64,000 nucleotides of DNA, from NCBI GenBank assembly GCA_964016885.1, contig OZ024752.1, positions 32,364,001-32,428,000 of the forward strand. Direction: 5' to 3'. Position numbers and translations under genes: made by a program. The notes beneath the pieces were generated by a model. It did not search any database. It worked only from the letters and a program-made list of their open reading frames with translations, and was not told where the DNA came from. Positions 1 to 15,600 of the stretch are shown piece by piece. Each line of letters starts with the position of its first letter. The stretch's first letter is position 1. This DNA comes from Eledone cirrhosa. Lineage: Eukaryota.

Positions 1-358
<358 letters not shown>

Positions 359-482
359 ATACACATATATACACATATATATATTTGGTAAAGAGCGTTA
401 GTTGATTAAGAATCATCCGACTTTTATATAACAGATGCCAAGCATTCAACGGTATACGTTTAGCTGGAGTTTTGTTATAATA

Positions 483-675
483 ATAATTGTTTCTATTTTT
501 GGCACAAGGCCAGAAATTACCCCAGTGCATTACTGGTTCTTTATTTTATCGTCCCCGTAATGATGAAAGGTAAAGTTAACCTCGGCGGGATTTGAACTCA
601 GACCATAAAGGGCCGTAACTCTTTGCTGCAAAGCATGGTGTCAGACCTTCTACTGATACTGCCAATCCATCACCC
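483..675 (-). mobile_element. tRNA-derived SINE
   Basis: Reverse complement of gagttcaaatcccgccgaggttaactt (B-box-like) and the ggccttgtgcc tail, both repeated many times in the window. Confidence 0.85.
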
Positions 676-720
676 TGTTTTGTTATAATAATAGACAGTT
701 ACTTCAGTCTATTCCTATTT

Positions 721-795
721 ATTTTATTATACGTATTTCAAAGATGTATGACTTATGTATAACATAAGTCAAAACATGTTCTCTTCAGATAAAAT
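721..795 (-). ncRNA. Type I hammerhead ribozyme
   Basis: Minus strand: attttat CTGAAGA, stem II containing tgacttatg/cataagtca, GAAA TACGTA TA ataaaat; 7-bp stem I and palindromic stem III. Confidence 0.85.
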
Positions 796-1023
796 CCACA
801 GATGTAGATATCATTTGATATATATATATATATATATAATTTTTTCTACTTTAGGCACAAGGCCAGCAAATATATAATGTGTGTGTATATATATATATAT
901 TATTCCATTAAGGAAAGTTGGTTGATCAGATAATCCACTGACGTTTTTTGTAAACAGACATAAAGGACTCCATGATTTGTATTCCTTAGAACATTATCGA
1001 TAAGGTATTAACCAGAGTTTCAA

Positions 1024-1110
1024 TATTATGAAGAAGAGAGACAGTTTTATGTGTACATCTGTCTATTACAGATGATGTACACATAAAACTGTCTCTCTTC
1101 TTCACAATAA
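1024..1110. repeat. Inverted repeat (about 30-bp perfect arms)
   Basis: gaagaagagagacagttttatgtgtacatc / gatgtacacataaaactgtctctcttcttc. Confidence 0.9.
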
Positions 1111-1129
1111 ATATATATATATATTAAAC

Positions 1130-1425
1130 TGTGTATAAGAGTGATAGGCTGTAGTGCGCGGGAGAGAAGACTGTGTTGGTATGGACATGTGATGCAAATG
1201 GAGGATGACCGCTGGGTAAAGAAGTGCCAAGAAATCCCAGTAGAAGGAAAACACAGTCAAGGAAGACCACGAAAAACATGGGCGGAGGTGGTGAGAGCAG
1301 ACCTCAGATTGCTGAGGCTCACGGAAGAGATGACAAAGGACCGTGACGAATGGGGAGATGCCGTGCTTAATAAGATCCGTCCTACCCTTGCAAGGAGGGA
1401 AAAGCGGACATAAGATGATGATGAT
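1130..1425 (+). mobile_element. RTE-clade LINE 3' end fragment
   Basis: ORF 1141-1413 has RRLCWYGHVMQM...GRPRKTW, typical of the RTE C-terminus, followed by a GAT repeat tail. Confidence 0.8.
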
Positions 1426-1932
1426 ATATGACTGATATAAGCCTCATGTAATATGTACTTATATATTTTACTCAGTAAGACTAAGCTTAAACCTGTATAG
1501 TCATTTATGTAGCAGAATCATTATAATTTCAGTGAGACAATAACCCATTTTTTTCTCTGAGTACTTTTTAAGTAAGAATATATACAATCATAATAGTATT
1601 TAACAAGATAGTAATACATCTTCCATTCTGAAACAATACCTTTTTATTAAACAGCATTTTAAAGACTACGTACCATGACTAATAACATCGTAACAGCTTA
1701 ATAAAGCTAATATCATTTGCTATGGAATTATTGTAAGTACCAATTACTCTTAGAAAAATATGCATTAATTAGTTATTTATAGATTTATGACAAAATACTT
1801 TATTACATAGAACGGATTTGTTAAGTACAACCTTGAAGCTGTAGTTCTGTTCATCATATAAATTTTCCAACATGAATTAACCGATAAAAACCGAGTATAT
1901 GGAGATTGGATATAATTTTAGTTATTATTACA

Positions 1933-2296
1933 TCTATCTATACACTACTAAAACTCTGTGATTGTGTGGCTTGTCTGTAATTTAATACAGCCAAAATGGT
2001 GCATAATGGGGAAAATACTTAGAAAGAAAGTTGCCCCTGAAATGGGAATACAGATGGAATAAAACAAGTTTCGCATAAATCGGAGCATGGGTTTCCAAGA
2101 TATGGGTTTTTCCAGGTACCTTCATAAATAGAGAGAGAGAAGAAGATAGAGAGAAATAGATAGTAGATTGAAGATTTCATTTTACATTATATACATGTCT
2201 GTATATATTTTAATTATTTAAAAATTATTTTTAGGTGAACAATATTTTAAAAAAAATATCTTTAAATGAACGGGGCATGAGTCATGGGTGGTCTAG
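1933..2296 (+). mobile_element. Putative non-autonomous Helitron
   Basis: Starts a|TCTATCTATAC...AAAA, ends CTAG|t after a short hairpin (catgagtcatg); A|T target. Confidence 0.4.
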
Positions 2297-2310
2297 TTAC
2301 ATATATTATT

Positions 2311-3005
2311 AGGCAGTGGATTAGCAGTAGAATCGGTAGAGCGTCAGACAACGTTCTGTGGCATAGCGTTACATCCCTTTATGTTCTGAGTTCAAATCCT
2401 GCTGATGTTAGCTTTGCCTTTCATCATTACAGGGTTGATAAAATAAAGTACCAGTAATGCACTGGTATCAATTTAATCAACTTTCCTCTTTCCCAAAATT
2501 GTTGACCTTGTGCCTAAATGAGAAACCAACATATATTACTAGTCAAGGTGGTGGACTGGCAATAATTGGTAGAGCATCAGACAACATGCTTTGCAACATA
2601 TAGTTAAGTCTCTTTACTTTCTGAGTTCAAATCCCAGCACAGTTAGCTTTGCTTTTCATCCTTATGGTGATTGATAAAATAAGGTACCAGAAATGCACTG
2701 GGGTTGATTTTATCAACATTACCCTTCCCTTCAAGTTGTTGGCCTTGTGCCTAAATGAGAAACAAATATTTCATATATCATTATAAATTTAGTTATATTA
2801 TATATTGACATTTATTGACGGTGGATTGGCAGTATCGGTAGAGAGTCGGACGCCATGCTTTACAGCAAAGAGTTACGGCCCTTTATGGTCTGAGTTTAAA
2901 TCCCGCCGAGGTTAACTTTGCCTTTCATCCTTACGGGGTTGATAAAATAAAGTACCAGTAATACACTGGGATAATTGCTGGCCTTGTGCCAGAAGTAGAA
3001 ACAAT
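2311..3005 (+). mobile_element. Three tandem tRNA-derived SINEs (about 2311, 2546, 2817)
   Basis: Each has an A-box-like ggtagagc, a B-box-like gagtt(c/t)aaatcc, ctttcatc...gataaaataa and ccttgtgcc. Confidence 0.85.
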
Positions 3006-3179
3006 TATATATTGACATTTAACTTGGTCTTCATTCCATAATTAATATAATTAACCTTTTTGACAACAATCCGCCCAAAGCAGGGCCAAACTTTCACCTG
3101 CTGAGACTCTAAGCTATATGAAATTTGAGGCCCTTCTCTAAAGAATTTCAGGTAATTTTCTCCATATTTCCGAGAGTTA

Positions 3180-3560
3180 CGCTCATGGCTGGTCTTCCAA
3201 ATCGCTCGTCATCTTACAGGGACGCTCTTCCGCTTTTGAAGCACCCGTACCACTTAAAACATTGCATATGACCCATTGCCAGAGTATGCTCAATGTCTCT
3301 GTAGCAGACTTCCAGAGTTGAATGCAAAATTTCACGTTGGCTCTTTGTTCCAATTTCCTGTTCATGACAAAATTGCAGGCTAAAGCGTATATGTAATCAG
3401 AAAAACACAAATTTTACAACTTGTTAAGTGAACACAGCAATGTAACTTGGCACTCTGGTGCATGAGGGTCACTGCTAGCTCTCACTACACACACAACTGT
3501 GTGTTGCCATCTGTTGGTGAGCTACAGAACTTGTCCAGAAACTTTTTGATACCACTTTAT
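3180..3560 (-). mobile_element. Mariner transposon 5' fragment (transposase pseudogene plus TIR)
   Basis: LEQRANVKFCIQLWKSATETL resembles the mariner N-terminus; gtggtatcaaaaagtttctggac terminus next to TA. Confidence 0.75.
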
Positions 3561-3693
3561 ATGTAATCAAACTAATAAATAAATTATTTCTTCATTAACA
3601 TCATCAACAGCATCAATGTTTAATGTTTATTTTGCAAAGTACTGAGACCTAACTGATCAGGAGATCCTGTTCATACACTTTGTTTTGGTTTGT

Positions 3694-6600
3694 TTTCTGC
3701 AGTTGGATGCCCTTCATAATGCTAACCACTTTACAGCATGTACTGGGAGCATGGTCTCTACAACTGGGCCCCTTTCTTAATATAAATCACTTTACAAATA
3801 TTCTTCTTAATGCCAACCATTTTACAGCATGTACTGGGCCCCCTTCTTAATATAAACCACTTTACAAATATTCTTCTTAATGCCAAACACTTTACAGCAT
3901 GTACTGGGAGCATGGTCTCTACAACTGGGCCCCCTTCTTAATATAAACCACTTTACAAGTACTTTTCCAAATGCTAACCACTTTACAACATGTAGTGGGA
4001 GTATAGTTTCTATAGCAGGACACCCTTCTTAACACTATATCCTTCCAAATGCTAACCACTTTACAACATGTAGTGGGAATATAGTTTCTATAGCTGGACA
4101 CCCTTCTTAACACTATATCCTTCCAGATGCTAACCACTTTACAACATGTAATGGGAGTATAGTTTCTATAGCTGGACACCCTTCTTAACACTATATCCTT
4201 CCAAATGCTAACCACTTTACAACATGTAGTGGGAATATAGTTTCTATAGCAGGACACCCTTCTTAATACTATACCCTTCCAAATGCTAACCACTTTACAA
4301 CATGTAGTGGGAGTATAGTTTCTATAGCAGGACACCCTTCTTAACACTATATCCTTCCAAATGCTAACCACTTTACAACATGTAATGGGAGTATAGTTTC
4401 TATAGCTGGACACCCTTCTTAACACTATATCCTTCCAAATACTAACCACTTTACAACATGTAATGGGAGTATAGTTTCTATAGCTGGACACCCTTCTTAA
4501 CACTATATCCTTCCAAATACTACCACTTTACAACATGTAATGGGAGTATAGTTTCTATAGCTGGACACCCTTCTTAACACTATATCCTTCCAAATACTAC
4601 CACTTTACAACATGTAATGGGAGTATAGTTTCTATAGCTGGACACCCTTCTTAACACTATACCCTTCCAAATCCTAACCACTTTACAACATGTAGTGGGA
4701 GTATAGTTTCTATAGCTGGACACCCTTCTTAAAACTATACCCTTCCAAATGTTAACCACTTTACAACATGTAGTGGGAATATAGTTTCTATAGCTGGACA
4801 CCCTTCTTAACACTATACCCTTGCAAATGCTAACCACTTTACAACATGTAGTGGGCGTATGATTTCTATAGCTGGACACCCTTCTTAACACTATATCCTT
4901 CCAAATGCTAACCACTTTACAACATGTAATGGGAGTATGATTTCTATAGCTGGACACCCTTCTTAACACTATATCCTTCCAAATGCTAACCACTTTACAA
5001 CATGTAGTGGGAGTATAGTTTCTATAGCTGGACACCCTTCTTAACACTATATCCTTCCAAATGCTAACCACTTTACAACATGTAGTGGGAGTATAGTTTC
5101 TATAGCTGGACACCCTTCTTAACACTATACCCTTCCAAATGCTAACCACTTTACAACATGTAGTGGGAGTATAGTTTCTATAGCTGGACACCCTTCTTAA
5201 CACTATATCCTTCCAAATGCTAACCACTTTACAACATGTAGTGGGAGTATAGTTTCTATAGCTGGACCCCCTTCTTAACACTATACCCTTCCAAATGTTA
5301 ACCACTTTACAACATATAGTGGGAGTATAGTTTCTATAGCTGGACACCCTTCTTAACACTATATCCTTCCAAATGCTAACCACTTTACAACATGTAGTCG
5401 GAGTATAGTTTCTATAGCTGGACACCCTTCTTAACACTATATCCTTCCAAATGCTAACCACTTTACAACATGTAGTCGGAGTATAGTTTCTATAGCTGGA
5501 CACCCTTCTTAACACTATATCCTTCCAAATGCTAACCACTTTACAACATGTATTGGGATATAGTTTCTATAGCTGGACACCCTTCTTAACACTATACCCT
5601 TCCAAATGTTAACCACTTTACAACATATAGTGGGAGTATAGTTTCTATAGCTGGACACCCTTCTTAACACTATACCCTTCCAAATGCTAACCACTTTACA
5701 ACATGTAATGGGAGTATAGTTTCTATAGCTGGACACCCTTCTTAACACTATATCCTTCCAAATGCTAACCACTTTACAACATGTAGTGGGAGTATAGTTT
5801 CTATAGCTGGACACCCTTCTTAACACTATACCCTTCCAAATGCTAACCACTTTACAACATGTAATGGGAGTATAGTTTCTATAGCTGGACACCCTTCTTA
5901 ACACTATACCCTTCCAAATGCTAACCACTTTACAACATGTAGTGGGAATATAGTTTCTATAGCTGGACACCCTTCTTAACACTATACCCTTCCAAATGCT
6001 AACCACTTTACAACATGTAATGGGAGTATAGTTTCTATAGCTGGACACCCTTCTTAACACTATATCCTTCCAAATGCTAACCACTTTACAACATGTAGTG
6101 GGAGTATAGTTTCTATAGCTGGACACCCTTCTTAACACTATATCCTTCCAAATGCTAACCACTTTACAACATGTAATGGGAGTATAGTTTCTATAGCTGG
6201 ACACCCTTCTTAACACTATACCCTTCCAAATGCTAACCACTTTACAACATGTAATGGGAGTATAGTTTCTATAGCTGGACACCCTTCTTAACACTATATC
6301 CTTCCAAATGCTAACCACTTTACAACATGTAATGGGAGTATAGTTTCTATAGCTGGACACCCTTCTTAACACTATATCCTTCCAAATGCTAACCACTTTA
6401 CAACATGTAATGGGAGTATAGTTTCTATAGCTGGACACCCTTCTTAACACTATACCCTTCCAAATGCTAACCACTTTACAACATGTAATGGGAGTATAGT
6501 TTCTATAGCTGGACACCCTTCTTAACACTATATCCTTCCAAATGCTAACCACTTTACAACATGTAATGGGAGTATAGTTTCTATAGCTGGACACCCTTCT

Positions 6601-9600
6601 TAACACTATACCCTTCCAAATGCTAACCACTTTACAACATGTAATGGGAGTATAGTTTCTATAGCTGGACACCCTTCTTAACACTATACCCTTCCAAATG
6701 CTAACCACTTTACAACATGTAATGGGAGTATAGTTTCTATAGCTGGACACCCTTCTTAACACTATATCCTTCCAAATGCTAACCACTTTACAACATGTAA
6801 TGGGAGTATAGTTTCTATAGCTGGACACCCTTCTTAACACTATACCCTTCCAAATGCTAACCACTTTACAACATGTAATGGGAGTATAGTTTCTATAGCT
6901 GGACACCCTTCTTAACACTATACCCTTCCAAATGCTAACCACTTTACAACATGTAGTGCGAGTATAGTTTCTATAGCTGGACACCCATCTTAACACTATA
7001 CCCTTCCAAATGCTAACCACTTTACAACATGTAATGGGAGTATAGTTTCTATAGCTGGACACCCTTCTTAACACTATACCCTTCCAAATGCTAACCACTT
7101 TACAACATGTAATGGGAGTATAGTTTCTATAGCTGGACACCCTTCTTAACACTATACCCTTCCAAATGCTAACCACTTTACAACATGTAGTGCGAGTATA
7201 GTTTCTATAGCTGGACACCCATCTTAACACTATACCCTTCCAAATGCTAACCACTTTACAACATGTAATGGGAGTATAGTTTCTATAGCTGGACACCCTT
7301 CTTAACACTATACCCTTCCAAATGCTAACCACTTTACAACATGTAATGGGAGTATAGTTTCTATAGCTGGACACCCTTCTTAACACTATACCCTTCCAAA
7401 TGCTAACCACTTTACAACATGTAATGGGAGTATAGTTTCTATAGCTGGACACCCTTCTTAACACTATACCCTTCCAAATGCTAACCACTTTACAACATGT
7501 AATGGGAGTATAGTTTCTATAGCTGGACACCCTTCTTAACACTATATCCTTCCAAATGCTAACCACTTTACAACATGTAATGGGAGTATAGTTTCTATAG
7601 CTGGACACCCTTCTTAACACTATACCCTTCCAAATGCTAACCACTTTACAACATGTAATGGGAGTATAGTTTCTATAGCTGGACACCCTTCTTAACACTA
7701 TACCCTTCCAAATGCTAACCACTTTACAACATGTAGTGCGAGTATAGTTTCTATAGCTGGACACCCATCTTAACACTATACCCTTCCAAATGCTAACCAC
7801 TTTACAACATGTAGTCGGAGTATAGTTTCTATAGCTGGACACCCTTCTTAACACTATATCCTTCCAAATGCTAACCACTTTACAACATGTAGTGGGAGTA
7901 TAGTTTCTATAGCTGGACACCCTTCTTAACACTATACCCTTCCAAATGCTAACCACTTTACAACATGTAATGGGAGTATAGTTTCTATAGCTGGACACCC
8001 TTCTTAACACTATACCCTTCCAAATGCTAACCACTTTACAACATGTAATGGGAGTATAGTTTCTATAGCTGGACACCCTTCTTAACACTATACCCTTCCA
8101 AATGCTAACCACTTTACAACATGTAGTGGGAGTATAGTTTCTATAGCTGGACACCCTTCTTAACACTATATCCTTCCAAATACTAACGACTTTACAACAT
8201 GTAGTGGGAGTATAGTTTCTATAGCTGGACACCCTTCATAACACTATACCCTTCCAAATGGTAACCACTTTACAACATGTAGTGGGAGTATAGTTTCTAT
8301 AGCTGGACACCCTTCTTAACACTATACCCTTGCAAATGCTAACCACTTTACAACATGTAGTGGGCGTATGATTTCTATAGCTGGACACCCTTCTTAACAC
8401 TATATCCTTCCAAATGCTAACCACTTTACAACATGTAGTGGGAGTATAGTTTCTATAGCTGGACACCCTTCTTAACACTATATCCTTCCAAATGCTAACC
8501 ACTTTACAACATGTAGTGGGAGTATAGTTTCTATAGCTGGACACCCTTCTTAACACTATACCCTTCCAAATGCTAACCACTTTACAACATGTAATGGGAG
8601 TATAGTTTCTATAGCTCGACACCCTTCTTAACACTATACCCATCCAAATGCTAACCACTTTACAACATGTAGTGGGAGTATAGTTTCTATAGCAGGACAC
8701 CCTTCTTAACACTATATCCTTCCAAATGCTAACCACTTTACAACATGTAGTGGGAATATAGTTTCTATAGCTGGACACCCTTCTTAACACTATATCCTTC
8801 CAAATGCTAACCACTTTACAACATGTAGTGGGAGTATAGTTTCTATAGCTGGACACCCTTCTTAACACTATATCCTTCCAAATGCTAACCACTTTACAAC
8901 ATGTAGTGGGAGTATAGTTTCTATAGCTGGACACCCTTCTTAACACTATACCCTTCCAAATGCTAACCACTTTACAACATGTAATGGGAGTATAGTTTCT
9001 ATAGCTCGACACCCTTCTTAACACTATACCCATCCAAATGCTAACCACTTTACAACATGTAGTGGGAGTATAGTTTCTATAGCAGGACACCCTTCTTAAC
9101 ACTATATCCTTCCAAATGCTAACCACTTTACAACATGTAGTGGGAATATAGTTTCTATAGCTGGACACCCTTCTTAACACTATATCCTTCCAAATGCTAA
9201 CCACTTTACAACATGTAGTGGGAGTATGATTTCTATAGCTGGACACCCTTCTTAACACTATATCCTTCCAAATGCTAACCACTTTACAACATGTAGTGGG
9301 AGTATAGTTTCTATAGCTGGACACCCTTCTTAACACTATATCCTTCCAAATGTTAACCACTTTACAACATGTAATGGGAGTATAGTTTCTATAGCTGGAC
9401 ACCCTTCTTAAAACTATATCCTTCCAAATGTTAACCACTTTACAACACGTAATGGGAGTATAGTTTCTATAGCTGGACACCCTTCTTAACACTATATCCT
9501 TCCAAATGTTAACCACTTTACAACATGTAATGGGAGTATAGTTTCTATAGCTGGACACACTTCTTAACACTATATCCTTCCAAATACTACCACTTTACAT

Positions 9601-12600
9601 GTAGTGGGAGTATAGTTTCTATAGCTGGACACCCTTCTTAACACTATACCCTTCCAAATGCTAACCACTTTACAACATGTACTGGGAGCATGGTTTCTAC
9701 AACTGGGCCCCTTTCTTAATATAAATCACTTTACAAATATTCTTCTTAATGCCAACCACTTTACAGCATGTACTGGGCCCCCTTCTTAATATAAACCACT
9801 TTACAAATATTCTTCTTAATGCCAACCACTTTACAGCATGTACTGGGAGCATGGTCTCTACAACTTGGCCCCCTTCTTAATATAAACCACTTTACAAATA
9901 CTTTTCCAAATGCTAACCACTTTACAACATGTAGTGGGAGTATAGTTTCTATAGCTGGACACCCTTCTTAATACTATATCCTTCCAAATGTTAACCACTT
10001 TACAACATGTAGTGGGAGTATAGTTTCTATAGCTGGACACCCTTCTTAACACTATATCCTTCCAAATGCTAACCACTTTACAACATGTAGTGGGAGTATA
10101 GTTTCTATAGCTGGACACCCTTCTTAACACTATACCCTTCCAAATGCTAACCACTTTACAACATGTAGTGGGAGTATAGTTTCTATAGCTGGACACCCTT
10201 CTTAACACTATATCCTTCCAAATGCTAACCACTTTACAACATGTAGTGGGAGTATAGTTTCTATAGCTGGACCCCCTTCTTAACACTATACCCTTCCAAA
10301 TGTTAACCACTTTACAACATATAGTGGGAGTATAGTTTCTATAGCTGGACACCCTTCTTAACACTATATCCTTCCAAATGCTAACCACTTTACAACATGT
10401 AGTCGGAGTATAGTTTCTATAGCTGGACACCCTTCTTAACACTATATCCTTCCAAATGCTAACCACTTTACAACATGTAGTCGGAGTATAGTTTCTATAG
10501 CTGGACACCCTTCTTAACACTATATCCTTCCAAATGCTAACCACTTTACAACATGTATTGGGATATAGTTTCTATAGCTGGACACCCTTCTTAACACTAT
10601 ACCCTTCCAAATGTTAACCACTTTACAACATATAGTGGGAGTATAGTTTCTATAGCTGGACACCCTTCTTAACACTATATCCTTCCAAATGCTAACCACT
10701 TTACAACATGTAGTGGGAGTATAGTTTCTATAGCTGGACACCCTTCTTAACACTATACCCTTCCAAATGCTAACCACTTTACAACATGTAATGGGAGTAT
10801 AGTTTCTATAGCTGGACACCCTTCTTAACACTATATCCTTCCAAATGCTAACCACTTTACAACATGTAGTGGGAGTATAGTTTCTATAGCTGGACACCCT
10901 TCTTAACACTATACCCTTCCAAATGCTAACCACTTTACAACATGTAATGGGAGTATAGTTTCTATAGCTGGACACCCTTCTTAACACTATATCCTTCCAA
11001 ATACTAACGACTTTACAACATGTAGTGGGAGTATAGTTTCTATAGCTGGACACCCTTCATAACACTATACCCTTCCAAATGGTAACCACTTTACAACATG
11101 TAGTGGGAGTATAGTTTCTATAGCTGGACACCCTTCTTAACACTATACCCTTGCAAATGCTAACCACTTTACAACATGTAGTGGGCGTATGATTTCTATA
11201 GCTGGACACCCTTCTTAACACTATACCCTTCCAAATGCTAACCACTTTACAACATGTAATGGGAGTATAGTTTCTATAGCTGGACACCCTTCTTAACACT
11301 ATATCCTTCCAAATACTAACGACTTTACAACATGTAGTGGGAGTATAGTTTCTATAGCTGGACACCCTTCATAACACTATACCCTTCCAAATGGTAACCA
11401 CTTTACAACATGTAGTGGGAGTATAGTTTCTATAGCTGGACACCCTTCTTAACACTATACCCTTGCAAATGCTAACCACTTTACAACATGTAGTGGGCGT
11501 ATGATTTCTATAGCTGGACACCCTTCTTAACACTATATCCTTCCAAATGCTAACCACTTTACAACATGTAGTGGGAGTATAGTTTCTATAGCTGGACACC
11601 CTTCTTAACACTATATCCTTCCAAATGCTAACCACTTTACAACATGTAGTCGGAGTATAGTTTCTATAGCTGGACACCCTTCTTAACACTATATCCTTCC
11701 AAATGCTAACCACTTTACAACATGTAGTCGGAGTATAGTTTCTATAGCTGGACACCCTTCTTAACACTATATCCTTCCAAATGCTAACCACTTTACAACA
11801 TGTATTGGGATATAGTTTCTATAGCTGGACACCCTTCTTAACACTATACCCTTCCAAATGTTAACCACTTTACAACATATAGTGGGAGTATAGTTTCTAT
11901 AGCTGGACACCCTTCTTAACACTATATCCTTCCAAATGCTAACCACTTTACAACATGTAGTGGGAGTATAGTTTCTATAGCTGGACACCCTTCTTAACAC
12001 TATACCCTTCCAAATGCTAACCACTTTACAACATGTAATGGGAGTATAGTTTCTATAGCTGGACACCCTTCTTAACACTATATCCTTCCAAATGCTAACC
12101 ACTTTACAACATGTAGTGGGAGTATAGTTTCTATAGCTGGACACCCTTCTTAACACTATACCCTTCCAAATGCTAACCACTTTACAACATGTAATGGGAG
12201 TATAGTTTCTATAGCTGGACACCCTTCTTAACACTATATCCTTCCAAATACTAACGACTTTACAACATGTAGTGGGAGTATAGTTTCTATAGCTGGACAC
12301 CCTTCATAACACTATACCCTTCCAAATGGTAACCACTTTACAACATGTAGTGGGAGTATAGTTTCTATAGCTGGACACCCTTCTTAACACTATACCGTTG
12401 CAAATGCTAACCACTTTACAACATGTAGTGGGCGTATGATTTCTATAGCTGGACACCCTTCTTAACACTATATCCTTCCAAATGCTAACCACTTTACAAC
12501 ATGTAGTGGGAGTATAGTTTCTATAGCTGGACACCCTTCTTAACACTATATCCTTCCAAATGCTAACCACTTTACAACATGTAGTGGGAGTATAGTTTCT

Positions 12601-15600
12601 ATAGCTGGACACCCTTCTTAACACTATACCCTTCCAAATGCTAACCACTTTACAACATGTAATGGGAGTATAGTTTCTATAGCTCGACACCCTTCTTAAC
12701 ACTATACCCATCCAAATGCTAACCACTTTACAACATGTAGTGGGAGTATAGTTTCTATAGCAGGACACCCTTCTTAACACTATATCCTTCCAAATGCTAA
12801 CCACTTTACAACATGTAGTGGGAATATAGTTTCTATAGCTGGACACCCTTCTTAACACTATATCCTTCCAAATGCTAACCACTTTACAACATGTAGTGGG
12901 AGTATAGTTTCTATAGCTGGACACCCTTCTTAACACTATATCCTTCCAAATGCTAACCACTTTACAACATGTAGTGGGAGTATAGTTTCTATAGCTGGAC
13001 ACCCTTCTTAACACTATACCCTTCCAAATGCTAACCACTTTACAACATGTAATGGGAGTATAGTTTCTATAGCTCGACACCCTTCTTAACACTATACCCA
13101 TCCAAATGCTAACCACTTTACAACATGTAGTGGGAGTATAGTTTCTATAGCAGGACACCCTTCTTAACACTATATCCTTCCAAATGCTAACCACTTTACA
13201 ACATGTAGTGGGAATATAGTTTCTATAGCTGGACACCCTTCTTAACACTATATCCTTCCAAATGCTAACCACTTTACAACATGTAGTGGGAGTATGATTT
13301 CTATAGCTGGACACCCTTCTTAACACTATATCCTTCCAAATGCTAACCACTTTACAACATGTAGTGGGAGTATAGTTTCTATAGCTGGACACCCTTCTTA
13401 ACACTATATCCTTCCAAATGTTAACCACTTTACAACATGTAATGGGAGTATAGTTTCTATAGCTGGACACCCTTCTTAAAACTATATCCTTCCAAATGTT
13501 AACCACTTTACAACATGTAATGGGAGTATAGTTTCTATAGCTGGACACCCTTCTTAACACTATATCCTTCCAAATGTTAACCACTTTACAACATGTAATG
13601 GGAGTATAGTTTCTATAGCTGGACACACTTCTTAACACTATATCCTTCCAAATACTACCACTTTACATGTAGTGGGAGTATAGTTTCTATAGCTGGACAC
13701 CCTTCTTAACACTATACCCTTCCAAATGCTAACCACTTTACAACATGTACTGGGAGCATGGTTTCTACAACTGGGCCCCTTTCTTAATATAAATCACTTT
13801 ACAAATATTCTTCTTAATGCCAACCACTTTACAGCATGTACTGGGCCCCCTTCTTAATATAAACCACTTTACAAATATTCTTCTTAATGCCAACCACTTT
13901 ACAGCATGTACTGGGAGCATGGTCTCTACAACTTGGCCCCCTTCTTAATATAAACCACTTTACAAATACTTTTCCAAATGCTAACCACTTTACAAGATGT
14001 AGTGGGAGTATAGTTTCTATAGCTGGACACCCTTCTTAACACTATATCCTTCCAAATGTTAACCACTTTACAACATGTAGTGGGAGTATAGTTTCTATAG
14101 CTGGACACCCTTCTTAACACTATATCCTTCCAAATGCTAACCACTTTACAACATGTAGTGGGATATAGTTTCTATAGCTGGACACCCTTCTTAACACTAT
14201 ACCCTTCCAAATGCTAACCACTTTACAACATGTAGTGGGAGTATAGTTTCTATAGCAGGACACCCTTCTTAACACTATATCCTTCCAAATGCTAACCACT
14301 TTACAACATGTAGTGGGAATATAGTTTCTATAGCTGGACACCCTTCTTAACACTATACCCTTCCAAATGCTAACCACTTTACAACATGTAGTGGGAGTAT
14401 AGTTTCTATAGCTGGACACCCTTCTTAACACTATATCCTTCCAAATGCTAACCACTTTACAACATGTAGTGGGAGTATAGTTTCTATAGCTGGACACCCT
14501 TCTTAACACTATATCCTTCCAAATGCTAACCACTTTACAACATGTAGTGGGCGTATGATTTCTATAGCTGGACACCCTTCTTAACACTATACCCTTCCAA
14601 ATGCTAACCACTTTACAACATGTAGTGGGAGTATAGTTTCTATAGCTGGACACCCTTCTTAACACTATATCCTTCCAAATGCTAACCACTTTACAACATG
14701 TAGTGGGAGTATAGTTTCTATAGCTGGACACCCTTCTTAACACTATATCCTTCCAAATGCTAACCACTTTACAACATGTAGTGGGAGTATAATTTCTATA
14801 GCTGGACACCCTTCTTAACACTATACCCTTCCAAATGCTAACCACTTTACAACATGTAGTGGGAGTATATTTTCTATAGCTGGACACCCTTCTTAACACT
14901 ATACCCTTCCAAATGCTAACCAATTTACAACATGTAATGGGAGTATAGTTTCTATAGCTGGACACCCTTCTTAACACTATATAATTCCAAATGCTAACCA
15001 CTTTACAACATGTAGTGGGAGTATAGTTTCTATAGCAGGACACCCTTCTTAACACTATACCCTTCCAAATGCTAACCACTTTACAACATGTAGTTGGAGT
15101 ATAGTTTCTATAGCTGGACACCCTTCTTAACACTATATCCTTCCAAATGTTAACCACTTTACAACATGTAATGGGAGTATAGTTTCTATAGCTGGACACC
15201 CTTCTTAACACTATATCCTTCCAAATGTTAACCACTTTACAACATGTAGTGGGAGTATAGTTTCTATAGCAGGACACCCTTCTTAACACTATATCCTTCC
15301 AAATACTAACCACTTTACAACATGTAGTGGGAGTATAGTTTCTATAGCTGGACACCCTTCTTAACACTATATCCTTCCAAATGTTAACCACTTTACAACA
15401 TGTAGTGGGATTTTATTTTCTATAGCAGGACACCCTTCTTAACACTATATCCTTCCAAATACTAACCACTTTACAACATGTAGTGGGAGTATAGTTTCTA
15501 TAGCAGGACACCCTTCTTAACACTATATCCTTCCAAATGCTCACCACTTTACAACATGTAGAGGGAGTATAGTTTCTATAGCTGGACACCCTTCTTAACA

